A program made the translations under genes and the position numbers. A DNA stretch of 64,000 bases from Pocillopora damicornis (Eukaryota). Of this stretch, positions 1 through 13,009 are shown one piece after another. The first letter of the stretch is position 1; each line of letters opens with the position of its first letter. Under the pieces are notes generated by a model. The model saw nothing but the letters and a program-made list of their open reading frames with translations. It made no database searches and was not told the origin of the DNA. The stretch lies in contig NW_020847747.1 of assembly GCF_003704095.1 (NCBI RefSeq), positions 186,001 to 250,000 of the forward strand. Direction: 5' to 3'.

Positions 1-3000
1 TAATGTACACCAACTTGTCAGACGAAGCATAAGCGAACTCATTTCTAAAGAGGGCAGAATAACATGGATACAAAGAACTTGATATGCGCAAAAAAGCTGT
101 TGTCCAAAACTGCCCAAGTGTTTCATCAAAAAAGAGTTCTTCTAAGATGTCCATAACACTTATAGAGGCGGTTCGAAAGCGCCTCTTTACCTCCCCGTTA
201 GTCCTCTTTCCTCCTCGGGGGGGGGGGTTAATTTTTTGCATTACTCATTATACCTTACCCTTGCCATGTTCCGCTGACAGCTGACAATTTGTAGTCCTAA
301 TCTAAAATTACAATGTATTGACACTCTTTTGGCCTGGAACTTAGGCCTATCAATTGAGGTCCAGTGCAACAGTCAAAACCCAACATTTCTCCTTCTTTCC
401 TTTCCAGCGTAAAATGTCAGCCGGTTCCTCGCCCCAATCCCCGGTGACCAATTCACATTATAAACTCAATCGATAACACTAAATCATCCTATCCCCGAGA
501 GTCACCGAGGTACCTTGAGGTACTGAAGGATAAGACTGACTCCTCTCTTCAAATGAAAGTTTGCCGTTTACTGAATCGAGCGTTGAATACCAAGTCATAC
601 CTTTCAGCGCTATAGGTTAGGTCCATAATGATACCATCAGAGGCCAGCTCATCGCTCTCAAGGGCGCTGGGATCAGTGTTGCGGAATGTGTCGTGAAAAC
701 TATACAAAATGCAACGTAAAATTTCGTTTTACATCATGTTGATAGCTTTCAAAGAAAAATGTTAGGACGACAGCAAATAGCTTGTTAGTCTTGACAAGTA
801 GGTATAAGTTAGGTATAAGCATTAATTGAGTTATTTGGAAGAATTTTAGGGTTAGAAGTTCTAAATATAAGGGAATATTAAATGGTGTGAACATATTTCA
901 CGAGTCTTACCATGATGCTTCCAGGTCCCACAAGAAGATCCGTCGATCCCAGCCAGCACTAAGCTGAAAGACGAAGAAAAGGTACAAAATAAACTGAACT
1001 GTTACAGTGCTCAAGTGCATAAGTTCCTACTTCATCAGTACTTTAGCCTGTTTCAGGCGTTCAGTTGATAAAACGAAGCGCGAGAGTAAAACGGCGCCAT
1101 AGAAGCGGCAAAGTGAAAAATGTAAGGAGGTTTGACTCGAGTCGCGTAATATACGCTGGTGAAACTTTTTAACAAAAGTTTGTTTCAGTAGACCAGAATC
1201 TGATACACCTCAATGATTGATCGTTACACGACTCATCCCAAACATTTTTTTTTTCAATCTGACCGAAAACCTCGCGCCTTTTATCGCTCAGCTGTTAACA
1301 TTATGCCCATCGAGCTCACTTTTATATTTACCAACTGAACGCCTCGAACATGGTTCTGCTGTTCAAGAATATTCTCTCTCTCAATGGCGCCCCGCTGTAT
1401 AACAAAACTGTCGTTCAAGAATGCTATCTTGAATAGATCGGAAAATAATCTTGAGGATTGCTTAAAGCCTTAACTTTAATCAACGGTTACAACAAAATGA
1501 ATCTCACCAAGTATGTTGTATTGTACCCAGCCTCTCTCCCCACAACAGCCAGCCCGGTTACACAGCTGGAATGTTCTGTGAACACGTGTTTACAAATGAA
1601 TCCTGCCACCCTATTGGTTACTGAATCGTGCTCCTTAGAGCCCTGTTAATAAACATGACACATAGTTAGACAGAGTAAGTAATTATTTGGAAACAGGCTC
1701 TCAAAAAGTTATCCAAACACAAACAAGCAAAACAGAATATCTGACAGATTCAACGCCTATTATGTGAACACAGCAAGAAGAAATGATCAAAAGGGAAGGA
1801 AAGCCAATTTGCGGGTCAAGAATACTAATATCAAAAGTTCTGCTTAATATGTGAGAAGTTTTAAATATTGTTATCACTTATCTACTTATTAATTTATTTA
1901 TTCAGTTCGCCAAAGGATACAATAAGTAATGTTAAGATTCTAGGTGACGTAGATATGGGTGGTAAATAAGGAATATGTCATTTAGTTATTGTGAGAAGAC
2001 AACCTGTAAATGCTTACAAAACTAAGATTTAACTTCTTAATATGTATGTCGCGTAACTGATTAATGCGCAATAAAAAAATAGAGCTGCCCATGATACATT
2101 TTACGAATGGAAGATGTGCATCTCTTAACCTTTTAACTCCTGGGACTGACCAGCATCTAATTTCTCCTAACAATAAAACCCCTGAATTACACAAAAGGTC
2201 CTGAGAATGAAGGTAATGATCATCAACTGAAAAAAGCTCTTGATTGTCAAAGAAATTCTCCTTATCAGCACCTTGGGTAATGTAAACAGAACAGTATGGA
2301 GAATATGCATCCTGAAGTAAGAAGGTGAAAGGCAAACACGTACCTCTAAATCTTTTTTCACAGGCTTGAAGGCCTTTTCACCGAGCAGAATTGCGTATTT
2401 GTAAATAAGATTTTCGTCTGCAGGTCTCATGTTTTCCAGAACCTTGACAGCGTCCTCGTCAAAGCCCCACACATCTGTCCAAACAAAAGACACAGCTTTA
2501 ACCACCCACTGTCATTGCAATCTCAAACCTTCTGGAAGAAAATTTGCACAGGTAATCGCATGGGGCCGACAAAAATCAAACAATTAATATCACGCCTGTC
2601 ATCAAAAGTTACAGAAAATTTTACAAATTCTGATACTAAAAAAGATACCAATCCCTAATTTTACGAGGAAGCATAACTCTACTTGTTTATAAGATAGAGG
2701 GTGATTTTTTTTTTCATTAGGAAGGTCACTTTCATAGGAGGACTTTTCAGTGTTCAGTTAGCGTCAGTGAACCGTAAAACGCACGAATCAGCCGAACGGA
2801 CTTTTATCTATGGAGAAAAATGCCAAAGCAACGAAAACAACCCTACTGAAAAACATTCGCACACAATAAAATTATAACACTTTTAGGTCAGGTCAAGCCT
2901 ATCTAATGTTTTCAATTTCATGTAATTTTACCCGTGGTGGGTACCCTGGGTGTTAAACGGTGTGACCCCAACCCTCCTCCCCTAAAAACATCCAATCCTC

Positions 3001-6000
3001 ACCCTTGCATTTACTTACAAATATTATTGTCTTCTGATGCCACTACTAATAAATCAAGGTTCTCCACAAAAACGGATCTCAACAGGGAAATGTTGCTGGT
3101 GTGTTCAGAAGCAGACGACATCTGAAACATTAAAAGGAATTTAAGACACAAAATTGTCAAGTTAGAGAGTCTTGTGAGAGCTCTTTCTTGGTGAAAATTG
3201 CGTACAAGTTTCTTGTACATAAAATCGCACAATCTTAGAACCAACCAAGCCATCTGGCGATTTTCCCGCCATAATGACGCTTGTGTACGCGCGTACGTGC
3301 ATTTTGGGCGGGAAATCTTTTTACCTTTCAATATTTGCTCTCGTATGGTTAACTAAAGCATCTATGTAATGACTGAAAACAATACGAGTACCAAGGAATT
3401 TGTAAGTGACTGTTGTTCAGTTCGGTAAATTACTATCAAGTTCTTTTGTGGCGGGTATCTGGAGAGGTTAGTTTTCTTTATTCACTAATAATCCAAATAA
3501 TTTTAGTAAAACTTCTAATAACAAATGTAAGTAGCATGTTGTGGGCGACACGGTGTTCACGTGGTTTGCCCGCTGGACTCCATTTAGTGTCATTGTGTTG
3601 TGTTTCTGAGGCAAGACACTTAACCCTCACCACGCTTCTCTCTGCCCAGAAGTACAAATGAAACCGAAAAATCTTGCGATGGACTAACGTCCAATAGGAG
3701 TAGCATTAGTCTTAGACGCTTCATGCTTCTGACAATGGGATAACCGACACCAGGATTGGTTTTACAAGCCAGCCTTACTTTAAACCTCTTTTTAAAGTTA
3801 CTTTTGGATATATACCTGGTTTATAGTATTTAGGAAGGAAGGTCTCGGCCTGTTTTCACCACTAGCACTCCTGTTTGGACTGCGCCAATCGAACTTGGCC
3901 GCGATCTGAGCTGCTAAGCGAGACTTGGCTTCACTCTGTAAGAACATCTCTTTGCTGTAGACGAAAACACACAGAGCATGGATATTACACATCTTATGAC
4001 GTCAAGACCATTTCCGGAGATTACACGAAGACTTCCGAGGTTTCCTTAAGATCGACCGAAGAGTTTTCGAGTACATCATGCAGATTTCTGCTATGAATAA
4101 ATACGCAACACAACCATGTGAAAGGAAAATCATAGAAGAGCTCGAATGATGTCCAGTGATAGCGCGATGGCCTCTAATGTTTGTCAAGCATCCCAGCAAA
4201 ATTGAAAAGTCACAAAAAATATTACTTTTAATAGCATACATCACATCTTAAACATGTGGCTCTTACTCGAGTCTGACAAAGAAAAAAAATAAACCGATGA
4301 ACAAAAATTTCGTAAAATATCTCCCTTTCTGTAAATCTATCTATAAATCCATTTCTTCATGAATTCATTCATTTCACTCCATTTTTTGTTCATTATTCAT
4401 TCATTCATTTAAGATGATTTTAAATTTTCGAGTATAACATTCAGGGAGGGGAGAGCGAGGATGATCTTTATTTACCTATACATGAAATTGTTTGACTGAA
4501 GTCGTTCCCACTTAGACACGTGACCATTACTACCTCCACTGAATATCAAAAGAGGAACTTTCCGAGCTGGAAAAAATGTCGAAAAATAATGATATAAGTG
4601 ATCTAGCATGGCTAAGGATAGGTAAACTTAAATGTTACATAGCATATCATGTATAAGGTATCAGGGAACAAGTTTTCTTGTCAGCACCATAGAACAGTTT
4701 GGAAAATGTGCAAACCGATTTTTGGGTGTAAAGGGTTAATTTCGTCTGTAAGTTTGTACGTTGCCGGAAGTTGTTGACATTTGCAGAGGCATGTAATTTT
4801 TTCGCCTCGTCATCAGCATGGGACAAAGAAATTTACTGAGCCCCTAGGAGGAATCGAACCTAGAACTATCAGAGTCCGCGTTACGATACTCTCCCACTGA
4901 GCTGCAAATTACTCCTCGTTGAGTTAGGTTACTGGTTTCATCTTTTGACAAATATTAGTTCAGTTGTTATCCATAGAAAATATCAATATGGAACGTGAAA
5001 TTACGTACTGTAAGTAAGAGACTCCATTGCACACTTGTTCTTTAGTGTTGTTAAACATCCAGATGAATTGTATTTCCACACAATCAGATGTCGCCTGCTG
5101 TTTGTTCCTAAAGGATTTCAAGTGTTAAATTATAAATCATATGCATCACAACTCACAAAGACATAATGGGGGTCCTGTGGTCCTAGGTACAGGTTCTCCC
5201 CTAACTGTTACTCAATGGGTTTGTTAAACTCAGCTGTCAAACTACTGCGCATGTGCGAAGTTTGTTGCGTCTACTTAGCGTGCTTTCAGGTTGTGGGAAC
5301 AAAGTTGTCATGCAGGAATTAAAAAAAAACAAGCCCCTCTCCCCTCCAGTTTGCTTCTAAAGCATAGCTGATGGGAGGGAGCCTTGTGGTGCATTTGACA
5401 TCCCCTTGTCAAGAAAAAATGATAACTTATAACAATAAAACAATCTGGCATTCCCCTTACTGCCGGTGAGCTGTCACTCCAAGACCTACCCCCCTTCCTC
5501 AAGAAAATCTTGCCCACGCCCTAGCCCCTTACACAGTAAAAATATCATTTTTACTGGGCTGCCCTTTACAATTTGCAGCCAGTTATGAATAATAATTAGA
5601 GATTACGAGCTCAGAAACCCAAATGGAAACAGAGAAGACTCTAAATGGAAGTGCATCTCACTGCTCATTTTTCACCAGTGTTTAGTGGCTTACAATTTCT
5701 GACAATCTCCTAGAGTCTGAGTGAGTTAAAAGATATGCAGAGCACCTACCTATTACGTGTCCTAAGTCAGAGATATAGTGAAATAACACCAGAGGAAAAC
5801 TAGAAAAAAGGATGAAACAAATTCAAGATGGGAAAACACTCCACAAACTAACGACCAGAACACTTTCACCAATACAAATAAATTGTTCCTAATTGTATAT
5901 AATTGTATAGACATTTTTATCTGAAATTTGAGTTCTCATGGTAGTGACATGTGATTGGGAATGAACCTCTTAACATTGCATCAACCCTTTACACCCTAAT

Positions 6001-9000
6001 ATCAGCAGACAAATTCTCCATGTTGTTCTCTACACATTTATTAAGGTGCTGACAAGGAGAATTTCTTGAATAATCAAGAGCTTCCTTATTTGGTGATCAT
6101 ATCCTTTATTCTCATGACCTTAATGTTTTTTTCAGGAGTGATATTGTAAGGAGAATTTAGATGCTGGTCACTCTTAGAAATCAAAGTGTTAATCTCTCCT
6201 ACCCATTACTTTCCTCATCTTGAAACGTTCCTATGAAATCTGTCACCTGCAAGAGATGTGAATCTTGTTCACCTCAAGCATTCTCATTTTACTTCAGCTT
6301 AATCAAATTAAAAAAAGTTGTGTAATAGCATATTGACAAGGTGTTAATGAGTAATTTTACAAAGAGAGGGGAGGGAGGGGAGGAAGAAGAGAGAGGGGAA
6401 GGATGGGACAAAGTGAAGGGATAGGAGGAAGTGGAGGGAGAGGGCAGACTGCTCTCTAGGGATGACCTTTCCTGTCTTTATGAGAAATATTCAATTAAGG
6501 TGGCACATAGCCATTCTTGCTTTCATCAAGTTATAGCATCAATTCTTTAGTAACAAACTGTAAATACTGTCACAATTCTAACATCCTTTGTCTTCTTGAT
6601 CAAGTTGTAAAGACAAGCCCAATCTTTAGCAAACAAGTATTAATCACTTTTTGACATAATAGGTGACCATAGCAACACTATAGTCTCTTAAAACACCCTT
6701 AATTTCAACCTAATGTAATTCACTAGTGAACCAGGTGACCCCATTTTTCATCTGAAAATCACATCTGGTATATGAAAATTCATTCTTTAACAAAAGTGCC
6801 ACCTTAAATTTTGAAGATTTAAGGTGACTCTGAACCTTCTCTTGAATTTTACTTGTTTCACAAAACCATTCAAAATATCATGTGTAGTTACTTTGAGCTG
6901 TCCAAAAGCAAATAATAGAATTGTATCACTGACTTACATTTTCTCCTGATTTTGGATCATACATAGCAGCTTCAGCAGTGCCTGCTGCTGCCCAGATAGT
7001 CTTGATTGGTCTAACATAACAGACTCCAGTAACTGCAGTACTGTAAACAGCAAAACAGTCCAGTAAACAAAAAATCAGAGACATTAAACTTTATGTCAGT
7101 CGCTGTTTAGATACAGTTATTTTTTTCTGACAGAGGGTATCTGGTAATAATGCAAAAGAGATGTGCAAAGACTTGCTTAAGTACATATCTGGTTCAAAGT
7201 CAAATTAATTGACACCACTTAAATGTTTCTGTCAAAATCAGGATCTTTGGAAAAATAGGTGATCCTGACACTCCTAAGTTTTAATTATTTGTTAAAAAGA
7301 CAGTTTCTAAGAATAAAGAATTCATCAAATAAGGGATATTGTTCTTTACTACACAATTGAAATAAAATTCTCAGTAAAGGCCAACCGTAAAATGTACTGT
7401 CATCAGTTAGAAGAATTCATTTTGTTTTAGATCTTGTACCTGAATCCATCAAATTTATGCATGACTTGTCCATCTTGAGACCAAACTTTAACAACTTTAT
7501 CAAAAGCACCACTTAACACCCTGAAAAAATTCAACAAAAAGGTTGCTTATACATTGTACATTCAATAAATGGCAACAACTGTCTTTGTTCGAACACAACC
7601 AAAATTAGATAGGTGACAACTCTTATTGAAAATTAAAAAGTAAAATTGACAAGGTACCTGAATTAATTCCCCATTTATATGTACAAAGTCTGTAACTTAC
7701 CATGTATTGTTGTCTGAGTCTCGTGCCAGGCACATGCAGATTATTCCTGCATCATGTGCTTTGTTAACCCTGAAAAACAAATTTGCAGAAAGTATGACTA
7801 TAATAATCTAAGCTTGTGTATATGCCAAACATTTAATTAATATATGCACGGAATCTAAGCCTGCAGTCATAAGCTATGAAAAATTACTGGTGATAAATAA
7901 CATCTTTAAAGTGTTGCTAAATATTCATTTACTTATTGCTCAGTGACCTGACCAAGTCAGGAAAAAAACCCAGAATCTAAATTGTGGTAAACTAAGTTCA
8001 TTTCCTTATTTAATGAAATTTTTTGGCCAATAACTTTGAACCCTATTTCAGAGTCATATCATGTTGAAATGTCACAGGTATGTAAGAATGAGAAAACCTG
8101 AAATTGTTAGCATCTAAAGTACAGAAAGAAGGGAGCTACTATTTATCATGGTCTAAATGCTTAAAATTGAATGATTTTCAAACCTTACTTTGTTACAACT
8201 GATAAACTCTTGTTTCCTTTGTATGAAAAAGTGGAATCGTAAACAACTAACTTCTGGTCATACCTGTAAAATACATTGATGAAACACCTACAATCTGAGC
8301 CAACACTGTCTGCCAACTCTGATACTCAAAGACTACTTTGCAGAATTATGCAGTTTGGAAGATTGAAAAATAGCATTTAACCCTTCACACCCCAACATCA
8401 GTTAGCTGCACTTGATTGATATTCTCCATACTGTTCTGCATACATTTCTTCAGGTGCTGACAAGGAGAATTTGTTTAACAATCAAAAGCTTTTTCAGTTG
8501 GTGATCATCTCCTGTATTCTCATAACCCTAATGTATAATTCAGGGGAGATAATGTGAGGAGAAATAAGATGCTTATCACTCTTGGAGGTCAAAGGGTAAA
8601 AAGATCAAAGTAGGGTGAAACTTATTGGGATTATATGTTGTAATTTTTCAGGTGACTACACATTTCAACAGTTCATCTGTCAATATAGTTCTGTAGTTTG
8701 TTTGTCAAAATTAAATTTAGTTTACAATGGAGTTATAGGTTAAACTACGTCCTTTAAAATGTATAAAAATTTACATATCTTCTGCGAAATCTTCCTGTGT
8801 TTTTGAAAAGTCTAACATTTGTCTTTCTCTAAGTAAACCTTCAACAACACAGGTTTTGGCTTTCTGTAATGTTAGTTAAATGTTATTCAATCTAAACATA
8901 CCCTCCACTGTAAACTCTTGATTCGTGACAAACTACACATTTCACAAGATCTGAATGTTCCTTACAGACATAGGCTGAAAAAGATATACAAATTAGTAGC

Positions 9001-10596
9001 TGAACTATTATGAAGAACACTAAACTTAAAAAAGATGTTACTTGTCTCACCATGAACAAAAGAGAAAGAAAAAGATTTAAGTCCTTATCAGGAATCAAGC
9101 CCCAGACCTTAGCATTCTGCACTTCCATGCTTTACTTCTGGGCTACAAGTACAGAGAACTTGAGGGAGAAAAAGGCTGTCAGCAGGATCATATGTGACAA
9201 ATCCTACGCAATGCTTTAAGGATCAGCAATGTTGAAAGCATCATGAGTGTAAATAGAATACAAAAAGATAGTACTTTTTAATAACATGATTTCTCCAAAT
9301 TACTGTCTAATATCATAAATGTACCAGCCTACCCTTTGTGTCTATTACATGTCCAATTTCTCNNNNNNNNNNNNNNNNNNNNNNNNNNNNNNNNNNNNNN
9401 NNNNNNNNNNNNNNNNNNNNNNNNNNNNNNNNNNNNNNNNNNNNNNNNNNNNNNNNNNNNNNTTGATATTCTTCTCTATTCTCATCACCTGCCTGCTTGA
9501 TATTGTATTGACACTTTAAGGAGAAATTCTGTCTTGGTCACTTGGGGGAGTTAAAGGGTTAAGTGCTACAAAAGTGCAAATAGTAAGAACTTTGTGACTG
9601 AAAAGTAGCGTGACCCTCTTAACAATTGAGATCATGCAAAAGTTGACCTTGGTACTGACCAGAATAAAAAGCTTGTAACCCAGCCATCATGTTCACGAAC
9701 AGAACGAATAATTTTCCCAGGCTCACCGGTGGAGTAGTCCCACACTTTGATCACTCCATCTACAAACAGATTAAACAAACACTGACTTATTACGTGATCT
9801 TGTTATAAACTGATCACCTGTTCTTATCTGTTAACTCTGCAAACAATGTACACATTTTGAGACTTTAAAACTCTCCTTTATTAGAGCAGGTGTTAATTAT
9901 TTCTGGAGTGGCTGCTGACATAGATGATTAAGAAAGCTAATTCTCATTGGCTTGGAAAAATGTGCAATTTAAAGCAAAAAATGGTACGTTTTGTGAATAA
10001 ATTCCACTGATGAAAGCCAATCAGATCGCAAGGATCACCAATGATTTCAAAATGGATATAACAAGAGAGATAAAATAACTCATGGAAGTTTAAATTGCAG
10101 TTTACCCCCGTTTTACAGCCCATGTAAACCATGTTTGGATTATTATAGGTAACTGTAAAAAAGTATGGAAAGTATTTTTAAGGCTGTGATGTGATGAAAA
10201 CACACAGGAACATAATCTGCCTATAGTGGTAGCTTATTTGGACAGCATGTTTATCCAGAGATTGGTTTGAAAACAAAACAATGAACTGCGCTGAAAAGGA
10301 TAATTACAACTCCAAGGTAGATTAAGTCTAAAAAAAGTTCACAATTTGAAGTCATATAGTATTTAAAGTCTATAAAGACAGCAGCTTAGATTGACATAAC
10401 TGGCTTCACTGAAGCTTTATGGGGCACCAGGCTTATCGGTCGCTAAAAAAGCATTTGAAATTTCAGCAAGTATCGTATTTCCTGTCATACTACCTTCAAA
10501 TCCCACAAGAATCTCATGTTTCATCGGATTGTACGATAGCGCTGTGATCGTTTTATTGTGGGTATCTTTAATCACCGCAAGCTTTTCCATCGCCAT
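1..10596 (-). CDS. Multi-exon WD40-repeat protein, uncharacterised, 3'-partial (continues off window); candidate ciliary protein
   Basis: GT-AG exons: 10494-10596, 9660-9759, [N gap 9363-9462 hides part], 9333-9362, 8902-8974, 8189-8263, 7701-7769, 7440-7520, 6938-7040, 6203-6246, 5750-5799, 5009-5107, 4476-4566, 3816-3954, 3019-3121, 2344-2474, 1508-1642, 911-963, 601-699, <1-44. Phase is consistent except across the gap, where it cannot be checked. Translation has repeated WD motifs (GFEDGVIKVWD; SGGYDQKLVVYD; SGAFDKVVKVWS; SGGSNGHVSKWE; SAGWDRRIFLWD). Start context is AAG-ATG-GCG. Confidence 0.88.
1045..1354. mobile_element. Short TIR element (MITE-like)
   Basis: agcctgtttcaggcgttcagttg at the left and caactgaacgcctcgaacatggt at the right are imperfect inverted repeats around a non-coding core in an intron. 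Confidence 0.55.
2125..2332. mobile_element. TTAA-CCC (piggyBac-type) MITE, degenerate copy
   Basis: Shares the core of the ~200 bp family (gaccagcatctaatttctcct...aaattctccttatcagcacc...gagaatatgcat). Confidence 0.7.
3540..3780 (+). mobile_element. tRNA-derived SINE with CORE-like central domain, degenerate
   Basis: tgttgtgtttctgaggcaagacacttaaccctcac...agaagtacaaatg resembles the SINE CORE segment; a related copy lies at about 36795-36990. Confidence 0.55.
4815..4930 (-). mobile_element. tRNA-derived SINE head
   Basis: Minus strand reads agctcagtgggagag (A box) ... aggttcgattcct (B box) with no closed acceptor stem; a related decayed copy lies at about 9030-9290. Confidence 0.6.
5981..6192. 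mobile_element. TTAA/piggyBac-type MITE
   Basis: aaccctttacaccctaatatcag...aggagaatttagatgctggtcactctt...aaagtgttaa. Confidence 0.75.
8377..8600. mobile_element. TTAA/piggyBac-type MITE
   Basis: ttaacccttcacaccc...tcaaagggtaaa; same family core. Confidence 0.8.
9030..9290 (-). mobile_element. Decayed tRNA-derived SINE
   Basis: Similar to 4815-4930 (aagtccttatcaggaatcaagcccc...ctgggctaca). Confidence 0.45.
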
Positions 10597-10713
10597 CTTC
10601 AACGAAAAGTTAGACGAGCACCTCTAGCGAAGCTCTCATTGCCGGAGAAAATGGCTAAATTCCTATACACGACAAAAGGTAAAAGAACAACAAACTATGA
10701 CCTCGACATCCAT

Positions 10714-10727
10714 GTTGCCTTGGGAAC
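10714..10727. promoter_or_regulatory. RFX X-box (GTTGCCTTGGGAAC) about 120 bp upstream of the WD40 gene ATG
   Basis: 14-bp near-palindrome, 2 mismatches from GTTGCCATGGCAAC, at a proximal-promoter distance. Confidence 0.6.
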
Positions 10728-12236
10728 TCGGAGGAAACTGGGTCGGTTTTATCAGGAACTGAATGAGATCGAGGCTGTAGAAAAAGGTGGGGAACATTGA
10801 CACTGATAAGCATCTAATTTCTCCCAGCAGTAGCACCCCTGAGTTAAAATTTGTGATCACGAGAGTGTAGGAGGAGATCGCATACTCAAGGAGCTATTGA
10901 TTTTGATTGTTCGACAAATTCTCCTTGTAAGTCTCAAGAAATGTACAAAGAACAGTGTGGAGGTCTTGCATACCACTATAATTTGATTCCAGGAGCACAG
11001 AGGGTGCTTAAGTACTTTTGGTACCTCAGTACTTTTGGTAACTCAAGGGAGGGCGCTCATTTAAAACAGGGTGCTTAATTATGAACAGGGCGCTTATTTC
11101 ATTTTTTGAGAAACAGCCAAATATGCAGAACAAAGCTTCAATGTTTATTTAAAAAGAATCACGAAGAGTGAAAAAACCAGACCATGGATCCTTCCTGGCA
11201 AGTACAACCAGCCAAGAATATTGCTGATCTCTAATTAGTCTTGTTTACATTCTGGCCTTGTGAAAACAATTGTGTACAAATTTCAAACCTCTTTCCAGTC
11301 ACTTCTCAAACAATCATGTATATTTTTCCAACTCAAGGTCAAAAGCCATATTGCATTTCCTGAGCTGACCCACAATTATCAAGGTTTTGCCCCAGAATTG
11401 GAAGTTCTATAGCTTTCCTGAGAATTTTTTTTTTTTTAAGTAGAGGTCATTTAAATGTCCAGCTACCTTTCCTACAATGAAACCTACAGTAAATGCAGCT
11501 GTCAAGAAAACTCACTACCTGTTCCATTTGTTGTCATGGAACTTCTGACAAGCACCTCAGGGAATGGAAATGCCACCACAATATCCAGAAGAGGAACAGA
11601 ATGTTTATTTAACAGCTGATCTTCACATTGATCAATAAAAGAGAACACTGCATCCTCACTTTTAATCTCTCATTAAATTTCTCATACTAGGTACTCTAAG
11701 CTCCAAATGGAGCAAATAAGTTGATATTGTTTCATACAGTAAATCGAGTATATATTAATAATATAAAACATCAAGCCTTTCTGCTCAATACCAGCAGAGG
11801 CGTATACACCTGTCAACTTTCTACAAGGAAAAGGAATGAGAATTTTTGTGTAGGACCTGATCATGGATGAGAAAAGAATTCTAGAAGACAACCTGAGGTG
11901 TTCTGACACAGCATCCTCTCTACTGCTTTACATTGACATGGAAAAGCAAGTGAACGGGGTTGTCTGCTTAAGACAGGTTCCACAGAATAAGAGTATTGTA
12001 AAAAAAGATAAAAAAACACCATGCTTTGCCATAACTAACCACCTAATTTTTTAAAACTTGCTCAAAAATACCACTGATGTTCATTTTGGGGGATAAACAT
12101 TCATGGATTAAATTTTACTGGAAAGATGATTCTTAGTTTTATTTGAGAGGTCCTGCATCTGGTGAATGTTCAATACAGGTGGAGAAAAATACATTTTTAG
12201 AGGCCTTGGGACTTAGTAAAGGGTGACCATGACCAC

Positions 12237-12448
12237 TTAAGCCTTAACTCCCATCTGTGATTAACATGAAACTTCTCCCTATAACATCCACACATTATTC
12301 AGCCAACATGTAATGAGAATACTCAAACTTATCAGATAGAAGTTAGAATTATTGATCTAACACCAGATTCTTGTGACTTATTTGCAAGGAAATGTGTAGC
12401 AGCTAGAGGGGAGAATTAATAATCAGATCTTGGGAGTTAAAGGGTTAA
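12237..12448. mobile_element. TTAA/piggyBac-type MITE (second subfamily)
   Basis: Ends gatcttgggagttaaagggttaa; related copies at 16028-16228, 30945-31161, 52268-52477. Confidence 0.75.
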
Positions 12449-13009
12449 CACAAGATGACCACTAAAAACAGGTTCAACTGTACTTGGAAAATATGGAAAC
12501 AGGACAGCATTAACCTTTTACATCATCTTTCCATTCTTGATCTGGTTGAGCTCTTTTTGCACTTCCTGAATATTTTAAAACGTATGTCAAGGCTTGAGTT
12601 GTGTGTAAGATTTTTTTTTTCCCATTGGGATTGACAATCTCCAAGTAAGAAGTGTGAGCTCGCAAGGTGAAGTGAGGTCAAATTTTTTGATCTGAAGGAA
12701 AGAGCATCAAGCTTAAGACTTGACAGATGGCAGACATTAGCCACTTCTTGCTGCTGTTTCTTACTGCTTTTTTTTCAGTGTTAAAAAAAAAAAGCACTCC
12801 TTGTATAAAAATACTCATGAACAAACTCCTTATATCACTTGTCTTGAATAATAAAAAAAAACAATTTTACACATTTGTGTGACTTTCATGTCCAGGTAAA
12901 TCATAAGCCAGTTACAAGTATATTGTATAAACAACAGTGTTAAACTAATAAAAACAGTAAAAACAACAAAGAAACAGTGGCAATAATAAAAATAAATTAA
13001 AAGTGTTTT

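Noticed and set aside
4815-4930. tRNA gene
   Set aside because: Has A and B boxes but no pairing acceptor stem, and related decayed copies exist; better explained as a SINE head.
11050-11660. Decayed DNA-transposon cargo after gggcgcttatt repeats
   Set aside because: Too degenerate to define termini or a reading frame with confidence.
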